A stretch of DNA of 64,000 bases from Paramecium tetraurelia (Eukaryota), in NCBI GenBank assembly GCA_000165425.1, contig CT868070.1, positions 1 to 64,000 of the forward strand. Direction: 5' to 3'. A program made the position numbers and the translations under genes. This document shows, in pieces, positions 41,701-56,318 of the stretch. Positions within the stretch are counted from its first letter, which is position 1. Each line of letters starts with the position of its first letter. The notes beneath the pieces were generated by a model. That model was not told where the DNA came from, searched no databases, and saw nothing but the letters and a program-made list of their open reading frames with translations.

Positions 41701-44700
41701 TTTACAAATCTGACAATACCTTGGACAATCAATGCAATCCCCATCATATAAGGACAGACGTCGACCTTCGTACATTTTGCATTTAACACATTTATTTTAT
41801 CCATTACTTTTTATACAGAGTGCGCAATTCTCTGGGCATTTCTTGATACATTTATCTTAGTAAAATTCAAAATCTACTGTACAAGTCTTACAAATAACTT
41901 CTAATTTATCTTATGTTTCATTTCCAAAAATATCATCATAGAAGGTTCCTCTTTTCATCATGAAATGAATAATACCATACCAAATTTTCCAACCATTCTT
42001 CCATTACTTTGATCGTTATTAACATTTATAACAATGCATCTCTGATGGACACGCAATACACTAACCAGATGCTAATTCAGCATAATATCCAGGATAGCAT
42101 TACAAACATATATTATTGAAACAGTAAGCACAATTTAACAAAATAAAATCACAACCATTTGAAGCTGAAAAGGTTTGTTAAAATTCGTTTGTATAAACAA
42201 GACATTAGTATTATAACAAATTTAATTACAATGATTGAAAAACCTCCATTTCATACATTTGTATACAATATTCCTTATTTTGTATATTATCAGGAATTGA
42301 ATCTATTTTAACACATGATCCTGAGAGTAATGAAGCATATCCTTCAGCACACAAAGCACAATAATTCAGAAGTTAATTAGAGTTATAATCTCCTTTTTCA
42401 TACATATGAAATATAGTATTTACTTTATTTCTCATAAACCACGATTTATGAAATTAGATTTCAGATTTGCAATGAACATCTAAATTTTCAAGACAATCAA
42501 CTGCATTAATTGATAAATAATATTTTTAATTATCTATGCAATTAATGCATCTATTATAATACGATCCATCTTTAGGATTTTAAACATACAAGCATTCTAA
42601 ACAATATTTACTACAAGGGTAGCATTATCCTTAAAACACTGAGTATTTTCCTATGCATTATTTGCATTGAACTCCAGAATTATATTCACATTCTAAACAT
42701 TCCTTTGGACATTCAAGGCATACATTATTATTAGGATTCAAAATCATTTAATTATAACAAGATGTGCAAATTGAATAATCTTCACATGTCTTACAATTTG
42801 AATTACAAACAACACATTCTCCATTTTTATAATAGAATTGAGATTGACATTAAATATATACCTTTAATAAGGTATGAAAATGACAATTTGAATCAATATT
42901 TTAGTTACATAACGTTTTGCATCCAACACACAAGGTAAGAGAAGATGTTGACGTATCAAGAACATATAATTCAATATCTTTATCTTCTCGCTAGACTAAT
43001 TCATATTGACCATAACTATTAAAAACATAATCAGATTCGCATTTCAATTTTGTAGCAAAGGTTTCTGGTTAAGTCAAACATTCTATGCAACTTATCTTTT
43101 CCAATTAAATTTCATTAAATTAAGGACATAGTATATAAATGACTTCATTATCGACTTCTTTAATTGGAAAATAACCAAATTAAGATAGAGTTTAATTCTT
43201 TGCATTATAATCTTATATTGAAGTGGGATAGAAATCCAAGAATTCTAATTTAAGATATTGATATTACATATACAATTTCCACTATTACTTTCAATATAAC
43301 CTAGAGTACATTTACAATAGCTATTTTCTAGATATCTATTAGAGTTCTAATCACAACTTATGCACTAATTAAAATATGGACCATTACAATCTAAACAACT
43401 GAAATGACACTCTATTATAAATGTAAAATAACCATACTTTTCAAGAGAACAAAAGACTCAGGTAAACAAACAGTTATTTTACTGCTCTCTGATTTTACAT
43501 ACAATCCATCAGAGGCGCCAATAAAAAGAAATCCACTTCTAATTCTTAGGTTGGCTCCATTGAAATGATAAGTTCTATTATGATATTGAGCCTCATAGAT
43601 ATCCCCATCATTGAACCACATTTTCAAATTTGAAACAGGCACTTCTGCTTTATCAAAACCGTACATAATAGAAACATAATGCCATTATCTTAAATCTTAT
43701 GTTAAAGTATGGAAAGCAACATCAGCTTAACCCAAAAATTAAGCAGTATTTTCAGAAAAATCTGGATCTTTTTAATTATAAGTTTAGAAATACACTCCAT
43801 TAGCTAAATTATCTAGCCATGCTTAAAGAAGACAGTATTATAAATCGACTAATTTTTAATAGACGTTAACATAAGGCAGAAATAGTATTTCAACTCCAAA
43901 AACGCTAGCTGAATAATTTAAATTCTAAGATATAAAATAATGTTACTAAATTATAATCAACCTTAATCCAAGATTCAAGCTAAATCAATCCAAATTAATA
44001 TATGTAACTTGATATTAATGTCTAATCATAAGTTGAAGTTTAACAAAATGGTTATGGGATAAATTATTATTCAACAAATACTTTAAATTCTGGAGCTGTG
44101 TTAAAAATTACATTATTTTTATTTAAGTTAAACAATAGTTTCGTAATTCTGCCAGGATAATAAGCATATTGTTTTACTTCATCATTTTAATTTAATTATA
44201 ATTTTAATTCTCCTCCTTGAGTAATTATTGTCTCCTTTAATTCTAAATTAGCACTTGATTTATAGTTTATGAGTTAGCAATTATCATTCCAAATATCATA
44301 GAGAATTATTTATCTTTAATAAGGAAATTAATATGAAACATAAATATGAATCCACTTGCCATCAAAATCGAATGCGTCAAATACGAATTTTGCTAATTAG
44401 ATCATTTAACCATCTGATTCATATTATAAATATAAATATTTTTCCTAATTAGCATTGTTGTTTGTCCAATCTTAATAAAAAAATACCCTATATTTAAAAT
44501 TATCAGGATTTATCTCCCCTAATATTAAAAGCCCTTCAATTTTAGGGAATGTAGTTTTGCTCTTATGTAATGTAGTCTGTGTAGATAAATATTAGAACCA
44601 AAAGCCATATCCATAAGCAGAATAATCTAATAGTGACATCTTGGTTGTCTCAGTAGTGTCATCAAGAAGACATCCTTGCAATGTATTTGAATCACACTGG

Positions 44701-44762
44701 ATTGTAGGTCTAATAAATCCAATTAATATGATGCTGGCTGTCCAAATATAAAAATTAATCAT
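35706..44762 (-). CDS. Gene B: ~3000-aa signal-peptide surface protein with furin-like Cys-rich repeats, a pectin-lyase-like/POMP (GGxI, FxxN) beta-helix and a multi-pass TM C-terminus
   Basis: ATG 44762 gives MINFYIWTASIILIGFIRPTIQC..YGYGFWFQYL. CxxC repeats at 41.6-43.4 kb, EGGVIYL (~39270), EGGAIYL (~38185), GYWRPY..CLGGWRQGDETCEIGQLGACCEAC (~37250-37390), TM helices, TGA 35706-35708. A 24-nt intron lies near 37117-37140 and a gap at 36336-36485. Open in every segment checked. Confidence 0.85.
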
Positions 44763-44824
44763 AATATTAAAATGAAAAATTATTAAAATATATCCTATTT
44801 AATTTGGACATTTCAATTTATAAA

Positions 44825-47800
44825 TCAAAATCTTAAAGTCTAATTCTTTTCTTCTGAGCTTTAATATTCTTTTTTAATTAATAATTATGTTTTGCTTTGC
44901 TGTTTTAAAAAAGCCCTTAGTAATTCAAATCGCTTTTTTCTTAATTTTATGGAACTTTTTGAATGAGATTAGAATATGTTATGCTTAATAAATAGCTGAT
45001 GAAATTTTCCTAATAATTCAAATACTTTGCAGAATACCCTTTTTATGTATTAGGAAGTTAATTTCCATAAATGTAGAAACATGAATAATCCACCAAAAAT
45101 AAATAGAGAATTTATGAAGATCAAAATTACAGTTTTCAATATGGAACCTTAATTTTCCTATATTGAAAATAGTGTACAAGATATTAAAATTATGATGCTG
45201 ATGATATTTAGTTAGGTTTCAAATCTATTCATCTATTTATGATAATAGATTTTATTGTCTTAACAGACTTTAGTATAAATGATTAATAAGGAATAAGATA
45301 ACACTCCTTTTATTGTAGCATTTGCATCAATCATTATGATTATGCATATCAATCCATTAACCAATAAAAATTTATAAAATTCCCAATGTTAATGATCGTT
45401 TGAGTAAGATGTAAACCAGAATCCAAAGTCTTTAAAGGGGATTCGCTTTGATAAAAATAAGGATGACTTTAACTTTTGTAGTAATAAATAAGGTAAAACT
45501 ATCCCCAGGCCTATTACCAATAGGTAAAAATTAATTAAATACTAATCTCAGATGATTTGTATTTGTGTAATCATATGAAACGTTTTTGTGAATCCAATAC
45601 ACATTCTAAATATCTCTAAAAGCTATAAGTTGAATCATAGATCGTAGAAAACTTCCAACAACGAAAACATATATTAAATAGATGAAATTAAACAATTCCA
45701 TCTATGTGATTTTAAATTATGAGATGAAAATCTTAGCAAAGCAAAAACAGACAAATGTAGTCATCAATATCAACATGCAAATAAAATTTTATAAGATCTA
45801 TAAATACAGCACACTAACTTCTAAGTTTATTAATTAACATTCTTTATATATTCCTAATAATGTAAATGGATCTCCTAAAAAGTGAATAAATTATTAGACT
45901 TAATCAGAAAATACAGAAGATAACTCTTATGTATAACTGATAATTTGAAAATAGAACAATATAATCTTAATACTCTAACCCATAAGGGCTTCTTCTGACT
46001 TAAAAAAACCTTATCGAAAAGGTATTTTAAACTGGTTAACATTCAAACGAATAAATTAAAGTCTTTTTTTAGACAAATAATTAATTATTAGAAGTAGGCA
46101 TACAAATCTTATATTAATAACATTTTTACATTAAAATCGTAATCAAGAAATTAAATAGCTATTTTAGGCTATCATTTTAGCAGATTTAACACATAAAAAA
46201 TCCCTCTCTTTAGTAATTTCCTCCTCCTCTCACATTAAAATAATCACACTATTCACAAAGAGCTCCTATATAGCCCTATTAGCATAAATCATTTCCAATT
46301 CCCCATCCTCCAATACAATTTTGCTGATTATTTAAACACAAGTCTATAGTAGAAGTAGTCACTTTCATTCTCCAATAACCCTAATATAATAAGAAGATTA
46401 GAACACCTTTTTTAAGAATATTTAAGCTTAGGTTATTTCCTAAATCTTTTGATCGTCTACAATTTGGCAACTAGTAGCCCCTACAATTACAGAGTATTAT
46501 TTTTAATCTACTCTGCATTAGTGGCAATAATCCTCTTTGGTTTAACTGTACTCTCCCACTTAACAGTCATTAGGCTTAATCAATAAACTCAAAATATAGT
46601 TTTAATGAAATCTAATTTAAAAATATAATTATACCCTTCTATTAAATGACTTATATTGTTTATTATTGGAATATAAATACTATTACATTTAATAGAAAGC
46701 TCAAAGGTTTAATTTGAATCTGAAGGAATGTAAAAGATTAAATCATCTAAATTATAGGAAAATGTTGATTAATTAAAGTAAATTTTATTTTTATTTAAAG
46801 ATAAATTTTGTTCTTATCGGCTGTTCACATTATTTATTTGTAATTCACAATAAGTATTCGTGAGATTTCTAACTATTTCTAATTATGAATTAACTGCATA
46901 TAATTTCATTTACATAGTTTTTTAATTGTATCTATTATTCTCTAATTCAAATTTCCTATATTCTGATAATGGAATTCCAGTAGGTATATGAATAATTGAT
47001 TTTTATCTATCTTTGCCAATTATTTAAGATGTCTGGCCAACTTTAGAATTTTATACAATTGTTGGTTTAATTATTTAGTCTTAAAAGATTTATATATAAA
47101 GTTATTAAGGTTGCTCGTCAATTTGATTCAATCCATAGTTGTCAATCAACTCGATTCCTTTAACATTTCTTATCAAGTTTTCTTCACTATAGATTCCACT
47201 TCCAAATTAAGCTGAATTATTTGTAATAACTAAATTCTCTGAAATTAATGTTGCATTAATCCCTTTTGTAAAAATAGCTCCTCCATATACTGCCTTATTG
47301 CCAACTATCAAGCTTCTTATAATTGAAATGATTTGATTTTAGATAAACAAACAACCTCCGTATTAAGCTTAGTTGTTGATGCATTACAAATTCTCTATTC
47401 TGATAGCAGAATTAGCTATAGAGCTATTATAATCTTAACTTTAAAGAATACGGCTATCTTATGAAATGAAAGAAATACAACCATTTTTCCCACAATACGA
47501 ATTAGATATAGAGATTTTTTAAATAATTATGGATGGTTTCTTTCTATTCTCAAAATTCAATAGACCATTTGAGCACTTGCTGCATTTGTTGTTTTAGAGA
47601 ATAATATCAGAAAGTTATATTTTTTGTTATTGATATTAATCTGTAAATTAAAATGATATCATAGTTACTGTTGATGATTATATCTAAGAGAAAAAAGTTT
47701 CTAAAAGTGTTATTTGATTAATATTAGAGAAACTCTCATTAAAACTTAAAATTGTTGAAGGAGCATCTATTAAATTTTGATTACAAGATGTTCTTATGCT

Positions 47801-50800
47801 ACTATTTAAAATGTCTGCATTTCTTTTTGAAGGAATATTGTTTTCAGTTATCTGAATTTGAGTGGAATTGTAAAATTCTATATTATGAAGAATTATTTAA
47901 TCAGACTATCTTACTGGAGAAAAGAGCATGATTAGATTAGAAAATATAATATTTTGTATTGAAATATTCTTGAGGATTGTACTTCCATATAATTAAAATA
48001 ATGGGGTAGGTGGATAATTTATTACACATAAATCACTTATTTAAAATTAGCAATCATAACAATAGATAAATGAATAATCTTATGTCAAAGTTGTTAATTC
48101 ATTATTTGATATATCTTGTAAAGAATTAATGAATGTATTAAATTTATCCAAATTTTAAGATAACTTACATTTTTCCATCTGAACAATTTGTAATTAATGG
48201 ATAGATTTTTCTATGTATATTAAGCCTCCTTAAATTGAAAAAATATTTTCAAATGTAGAGTTGAGTAAAGAGATATTGAATAATTTTGTTGAAGGTATAA
48301 TATAAATTATACTCCCGCTCTTTCTGGAGGAAATATCCATAAATATTGTATTCATTATCTCAATTCTTAAGTATGATGATTAAGATTAGATATGAAAGGC
48401 TCCTCCTTATGAAGATTCAAGTAATTCTGCTTGCAAATTTTCAAAGTGTGAATTTTTAATCTGTAAATTTCCATTTTCTATCATTTTCAATGAAAATGCA
48501 GCACCTTAGACTGAGATAGAGTCTTTTAATATAATCATGTTTAATATAATTTATCGGGCTTAAAAATTTCCATTTCCTCCACTGCTAGAACTAATATATA
48601 ATTTCTACAATTCTTCTAAATAGATTTCTCCTGTCAAACCCCATCTGAGGAATTACTTTAAAGTATCATAGACAAATGCTGAATTCTGAAAAAACTTTGT
48701 ATTGTTCAAAATAATTAAGTCAGCGTCAATATACATAAGAGATCCTTGACCATTCAAAATCATGTTCTTTTGGATTAAACAACTACTTATAGTACTTGTG
48801 GCTTAATATGCTTCCACTAATAAAATCAGGCTCTGTTTTTAAGGGCTACTTTCTTTTAATAAATTTAATAAATTCTAGGAGAATGTAACTTCTGTTATAT
48901 TCAAATTCAAATAATAATTAGAATTAATTGATATTAAAGATACTTTTTCATATTTATTTACTTGATGCAAAATGTTTGAGGAAAAATTGCAGTTTATAAA
49001 AAAAAATTATGAGCTAATTTATGACAGCATTTGGATTTCAAATAAAACTGAATCATATAATATAATATCAGTGATATTTGTATTTGAAAAATAAATAAAT
49101 GAGCTATTTTATAAATTCATAAGAGTATTGTACATGAATTAATTGAATGGTTGAAAATTGCATTCTTAATTATTAAATAGACTTGTAAAATAATATTTTT
49201 AGTGTAATGTTATTACAGAGTTCATAAATTTAAAAGTATTCGCATTTTTAATAGTGAATTCAGTATATCCTATTCCTCTTTGAATGATCAAAGTATCAAA
49301 TATAACAGTATTAGATTCAATATTGATTATGGACAATTCAATGTTCTTAACAAGAGAATCTTTTTAATTATCAATATTAATAGCATTGTTGATAAATTCT
49401 ATATTATTAAGATATACAGAATCTGAATTTAATAATAGGATTAAAGCATTTTTGTTTGAATAAATATTATCAATGATCTTACCATTTTTAATTTAAATTA
49501 ATTCAAGAGATAAGTTTTCTTGATTAATTAGTAATGTGGATTATCCTAAAAATGAGAGTTTTTATAAATTGAATTCTATCAAAAACAGAATTTTAGAGCT
49601 TGATATAAAATTTGAATTTTATAAAGTTGAATCTAAAATTGAGAATCCATTTAATTCAGCTTTTTAAATTTACTCAAAATTTAAGAAACTTGTAATGTTT
49701 AATAGAATTGAATTTTCAAAAATAAAATTATCCATCCTTAAAATTTCGGTTTAGTAAAATTACTCAATTAGAGCAGTATTTATGAATTAGGAATTTTAAA
49801 TATACAAATTTAATATTTTAGTTTCTACTTTTTAAGATGTGTTATAATTGATAATTGATGTATTCATAATTTTAACATGATTTATAATGAGATCTAGTGC
49901 TACTAATTTACAATTGCTTTTTTTATTAGTAATTAAAAATAAGCCATATTTAAATTGAACATTAATGTTATGTATCTATAATTTCGAAATATTAATTTTG
50001 GACGATTCACTAATTTAGATTAAATACTCTTATGAGAATATATCAGTTTAATCTTGATAGATTTTAATGGATTAAAAATCTACAGTATAACGATTGACAT
50101 TATCCATTGATACATATCCAGTCTACATTCGAAGATCAAGGTTTTCAAATCTTATGTGTGTAAAATTTGAAAGGGATAAGTGATTATTCAAATTAAAGGT
50201 ATTGCCGGATCCATTTAAAATTAAGTTTAATTCAATCAAGTTAAAAGTATTTGTTTATAAATTTGATTAGATCTTTAGCTCCTTATTCAAAGAACATGGT
50301 TAATTATCTGCAATCGTAAGTTAATAAGTAACTATCTTAACAAAATTTTGATTAAGATAGAGAAAATAGTCATAATACTCATATAATGATAAATCCAGAT
50401 TTTCTAAAAGAATATGAAACTTTCTTTAAATTACCTTTTATTCTTCATTTAATTAATTGAGATAGTTTTCTAAATCAATTTTGCTACAATAAATTAGAAT
50501 TTCAATTACAATTTCTTTTTAGCATTCATTACTATAATCACATTTGATAAATTAATGAATATCCTAATCGTAATATAAGTCATTAGATAATGATGCTATG
50601 CATTTATGAGAAAAGTATTCTAAATCTTTATTGTTGAAATATGGATTCATCATTAATTTTTCATTATCCGTTCTTGGATGACATATATTACAATTTTAAG
50701 GACATTAAATGCATCTTCCATTATAAACATGGTAGTGTGAATCGTTAAATTAAATGCAAGAAATACATATCTACTAATCATCAATGATTTTGCATTCCTT

Positions 50801-53733
50801 ACAATCACTAGGACATTTTTAGATACATTTATCATAATATTTAATATAGCCATCTGAACAGTTAGTGCATATAATCTCAATTTCATTCTTATTAGGGTTT
50901 TATGTGAACAATTAGTACTCCGCATTTCCTTTAATAGACCACAAAATTATAAAAATAAATTCAATTGATGATTTCACAACTTAGGATGAATCAACTTAAT
51001 TACAAGTAGCACATTCTGGATTGCATGGTTTGCAAAAACTTGTATAATAATCGTTATAATAACCATCTTCACATAAATAACATATACTATTATATTCCCA
51101 ATTTAACCTGAAACAAACAAGACAATGTGGAATAAATTGAGTACAGAATCCAAATCCAAATACCATTAAATGATTGGTACCAATAATGCAATTTATGGTA
51201 CTAGAATAAAGGATTGCCTAATAACATCCACTTTAAATTTAATCAGATCCTTAAGCACCACAATTAAACAAATTATTGTCTGTATTTAAGTAGGAGACAG
51301 GTGAACAGTAGATACAACCTGTTCGAATGTTTTGAGATTCTTAAGGTTGAAAATCATAAAATATAGTATTTATAGCACTAGAAACAATGGAAAATTGAAA
51401 AGGATATATACAAAGATCTATATTATTAAAGTAACAGCTTTCCCCATCAAGAGATATATATGCATTATAATTACATTTTAAACACTTCATATATTCTTTA
51501 CCAGTATTTTTGTTTAATTTCATGTTACAAATTTAGCAATGTTCACCACATTTTTAACAACTATCATTAACTAAAGAGTATCCTTGCTAACAATCTAAAC
51601 ACTTTACTTACTCTAATTGTTTATCTAAAGTACATGATAAGCAACCTTAAGGACATTGTTAACAATGATTATTTTTTATATAAAACCCTTGATTACACTC
51701 TATACAAGTTTCTGTATCTTTGCACTTAATGCAATTCAATTCACATAAATCACATGTATTATACTTAGGATATAAATACTATTTGCATTGATAATATGTA
51801 TTTAATCCGTTCACATTCTTAATAATGGATTACGAATTTTTTGTTTCTGTAATATATTCGCATCCAGGACACAATTCTGCAGCCATCAAATCAAAATTGA
51901 TAATAAATATTTCTTTGGATTGATAGTCTAATTATTGGTTATAATAGAACTTAGAATCCTCAGTTCTGTAATCAATATTACAAATTGGGTTTAAATACCA
52001 ATTGTGAGAATTGAGTATACAATTAATGCAATTTACTGAATTATGACCTTGGTCAAAATAAGGGCTTCAAATTAACATTATAAATACCATTTAATGCATC
52101 CAAAGAATTTCAAGCCCTTCCATGCTTCAAAGTAGCCATAACTGCACTTGTTATTGTTCTATACCTCAATTATATTGAACTCTTTATACAACTCCTTCTT
52201 CTAGGAAATAGAACTTAAAAAGGTTTCTAAATTATTAAAATACATTACTTTGGCATATTAAGCTACCTGTTTCTTCATAGTTAGATTTACACTAACATTA
52301 ATGAAGATCAATTTATAAGTATCTATTTTATTCATCATAACATGATGCACAATCATATTAGGCAGGCCCTATGCAAGTTTTACAAAGTGCATTGCAATCT
52401 AACAAGATAAAATTATATATACTTATGTTAGAATCTTTTCCAAATTGATATTCTAAATTGTAACAGTATTTAAATCTTAAATTTGAAATCAAACCTTCAA
52501 AAGGAAGTATGGTTGCATCTTTCTATTCTGTGAATAGTGTTATTGTGGCCTAATAATTAGAATATTATTGGTAATAAGGAAAATTCAGCACATAAAATTA
52601 CTCCCATGTATCACAGCAAGATTAATACAATGAAAGGTAGACATATTGATAGATTCCAACCTTCTAAAATTAATATTTTAAGTAGCTCCATTATTCGAAG
52701 CTTTATTTAGGCTTAAATAATTATATGAGATAGTCATCATTATACTAAGTTATTTATTCTCCAGGTACTAAATAATAAACATCTAAATTGTGAAGCAATA
52801 TAACATCTTGACTTAATACTCTCCAATATACTGCTAATTAGTAAAATCGCTCTAAAGTTGAAAAAATACCACCAAAAGATAGTAAGATTTCTTTTTGTGT
52901 GTTTACTTTATAAGAATCTCTCTTAATCCAAAAATCAAACATATAGATCAACCCTTTCATATCCACTTGATAATTGCGAGCTGTATAATTTCGTTAATTA
53001 TAGGTTTCATGAAAAAAATATAATTCAACAGGATTTTAACATGCTGGAGGAACAGAGCATGATGAAATAAATGAAATAAATTTTGCTTTATCTGTATTTG
53101 AGAAAAAAGTAATGGAACTTTCAAATGTAGTAATTATCGAAATCCTACCCATAAATATATTTAGATTGAAATAATTTATTCCTATGAAGTATAATCCCTA
53201 ACCTCCATATTCTAATTTAGCATTTGTTGTTTATGTTTTCAATCTTCTATTTGTGACCAAAAAATTAAAAAAACGATCATCCCCTGTACTGTATGATGCA
53301 AAGTTGTATTTGTTATCGTAGTTAAACCCAAAATAAGTAAAAACCCAATATCCTTCATAATAATAGAGTCCCTCCTGAATCTTATAGGAAAACACTCCAG
53401 ACTATGTATATTACAGAATCATTAGTGTTGGGTATCCTGTAACATAAAGTGGCTATTAATAGAACAATGTTTGAATGTTTCCATCACTTTGATAATTAAG
53501 GATATGAAACCCATCAAGACTATAGGCGCTGAATCAAAATAAGGTTTTGATTTGTCTGCAAAGAAATTTTTTCTAATTGGAGCAAATTGAGTCCATACAC
53601 CAAATGCATATGGATTTCCTCTTACATAACTCTTTTCTTGATAAAAGCTGTCACTACTCAACTAGAATGAATCAAAATTGGTGTACGAACAAGTTGATTA
53701 GACTAATCTAAATATATAAAATATCCAAAACAT
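44825..53733 (-). CDS. Gene C: ~2950-aa giant surface protein with the same architecture as B (distant paralogue); one apparent frameshift near 53518
   Basis: ATG 53733 gives MFWIFYIFRLVQSTCSYTNFD..NPYAFGVWTQFAP. Cys-rich repeats at 50.6-52.4 kb, YGGCLFI and YGGAIFT motifs (~47355, ~47280), a 26-nt intron before GYWRMK (~46381-46406), TM region, TGA 44825-44827. Confidence 0.75.
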
Positions 53734-53929
53734 CTATTTATATTAAATTTAGAAAGTATGGGTATCAAAGAATATTAATTAATATTAGTAATTTAAGGGA
53801 TTGTTAAGATAATTCAAAAATGAGTCTAATATTAATCATAAAATGAATTTTAAATAAAGGAATCTAAAAATATTAATTAAAACAAATAAACTGCTTAATT
53901 AAATAATTATATATATTTATGATAAAAGT

Positions 53930-54625
53930 ATTATTACTCAATCTCATTTGAAAAAACTCATCATTTAATGATATCGATATCGATTTCCATTGTTTATTGG
54001 CCTAATTATTTTCTTATTATTTTGTAATGCTTATCAATATTGTTATTGAAGAATGAGTAAATTTGCATCTCTTTATCTTCAACAAAGTATTTTTCTTCCC
54101 AGTCTTAGAATTCAATCCATATATTTATACAATAACAGCAGAAATGATAATTTTTCAATATTTATATTAATTTTTGTATAATATGATCATCATTCATCCA
54201 ATATTTTCAAAATATTGTGTAAAAATCTCAAATAATACAATATCCTTTTCAGTTCAAGTGTTCAAGCTGAAATAAGCCAAATCTTTCTTTCTGTAAAAAT
54301 AGATCATGAGGTAAATAGATTCTTAAATATCAAATAAAATGATGATTATTATTTTAACTACTGTATATGGATTAAAAGATTTTACAATTGACTCCATCAA
54401 AAATTGAGACGATCTTCATAAACTCTAAAAAGTCCTTTAATAAATATCATAAAAAATAATAAATATTGATAAATATCTATGTAAAATTTGCTACTGCATT
54501 GGTAATGATTTTTCTAGCATTTGCTTTTTAAGGATATTTGAACGCCACTTGAGTTGAAATGGACTTTATACCTTCACTTTGAGATAACTCCTTTTTTGGA
54601 TGGTGCCGGCGTACTTCTAAGCCAT
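53930..54625 (-). other. Coding-like or decayed region upstream of gene C; template of the repeated upstream element
   Basis: A short ATG-initiated frame (MAQKYAGTIQKRSYLKV...) ends at TGA ~54403. Homologous degenerate copies lie at 7780, 18880 and 35250. Confidence 0.35.
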
Positions 54626-54670
54626 ATAGGAAATTAATAAATTGTGATTAGCTGATATAAATGAATATAT

Positions 54671-55317
54671 TCATCTTTTAATATATTTTAAAGATCTTGT
54701 TATGGTCTATGATAATTGGAAAAGTTCGTTGACATATCCTTTGGATAATTATTGTATCTCTTCTGGTTTAGCCGAATCTAATTATCTTGACAACTCTAGC
54801 AAATCTCTTAAAGGAACAGATTGATCTAATTTTCTTGTTAACATGGGTTATGGTTTTTAAGTTGCTGAGACCTTACTTTAAGTATTTTAGGATTGATTAG
54901 CAACAGGAGTGCTATTGAATTACCAACTTCCTAAATTTCCTAATGATTAGTTTTTTCTTCTGAAACTTGATAGAAGATCATCATTTTGAGTGTTCTAACG
55001 TCGACTATTGAAATAGAAAGTAAAATTAACCTTTCCGTCAAACCGAAAATTTTACTGGGAGATGCCAAATTAGGATTATGCTCAGCCTTACTTTAATTAA
55101 GGATGACATGATGAAACCTATTGTCGGTTTTATTATCTACCTATTCAGCCCATTCAGTAGGATATCTAATAAGAGATTAAATGTACCTTCTGAGTTCTTT
55201 CTTTTCGAAAGTATTTACAAACGATTACTAAGGTCTGGCTGAATTTAGAATAGAGACTGATTCAGTCAGATAAGAAGTTCGCTTGTAAACTTGGGATTTT
55301 TGTGAGCTTGATAACAT
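54671..55317 (-). CDS. Hypothetical protein (~200 aa), 2 introns
   Basis: MLSSSQKSQVYKRTSYL...; removing introns 55166-55186 (21 nt) and 55005-55030 (26 nt) gives one frame ending ...ITRSLKYIKR-TGA. Confidence 0.8.
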
Positions 55318-55543
55318 TAAAATAATTTTTATTTATTTGCATTATTTCATAAAGATTGATATCAAATCCTGATGAATATTTTAAATGTTTTATTGTTAAA
55401 TATTTTGTAGATATGCTGAAATTCTTTGAATTCATTAAATATCTTAAGGTTGGAATTGATTTATAGAATATTATTAATGATTTAAATTAAATTTGCGTAA
55501 AGACTGATATATAAGTTATGATAACTATAGATAAGATAGTAAT

Positions 55544-56318
55544 TCACTTTTCAGCAAAGTCTATAGGTTCTTCCATAATGACATTATGCATTTTAACTGC
55601 TGCAGGATCATTGCTGTTTTGGACGCATTAATCAATTTTCGTTAATAACCCATACAAAACATCTCTTTAATATTATAGATCATCTAGCGCATAAATCAAT
55701 TTCCAATTGTAATCCATTTTTGTTTTGATATCTATTTCCAATTCTTTGATTGCATCTTCAGCTTATTAAGCTTTAGTGGATTCAACTTTTAAAAATGTTC
55801 TGCCATCAATATCTGTCTATTTAAATTTTAAAAATTCAGTATTTGGAATCAAATGAGCACTCATTTGTGTATAACGACCATGATGCTATTTTTCAAAAGC
55901 TTCTAATCTTCTTGAATAACCACGATAGTTTTTAACAAATGGATTAACTTTAGAAGCGTAATTGTACATCCACTGCAAAAATGCCATATTATCTTAAAAT
56001 TTGCATTTACTTAATTTATCAATTGGAACGACTTTGTCAATTTTAAGTTTTGAAAATGCATCATCAAGAACCTGCGTTAATTATTATTATGTACTTTTAG
56101 ATTCTTAGTGTATTCATCCGGGAATCTGGCCATAAAATTTAATTTTGAAAGATATATGGCTCCTGGATGCAATGCGTCTATTATTTAACAATAACCAATC
56201 CCATCAGATAATAACTAATTTAAAATTTTAAGGTTACCTCGATTTTAGGATAATCACATTCAGTTAGTTCATTTATCCATTGTAAGAAATCTTATCTACC
56301 TTGGTTATGAGATTTCAT
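55544..56318 (-). CDS. EB1: EB1/RP family microtubule plus-end-binding protein (calponin-homology domain + coiled coil)
   Basis: GRQDFLQWINEL..KIELLSDGIGYCQIIDALHPG..NLKVLDDAFSKLKIDKVVPIDKLSKCKFQDNMAFLQWMY; introns 56215-56237 and 56072-56094 (23 nt each). Confidence 0.9.

Noticed and set aside
47541..47570. 30-nt segment in C absent from D, as a possible intron or IES
   Set aside because: Not TA-bounded, the boundaries do not match GT..AG, and it reads in frame (NGLLNFENRK).
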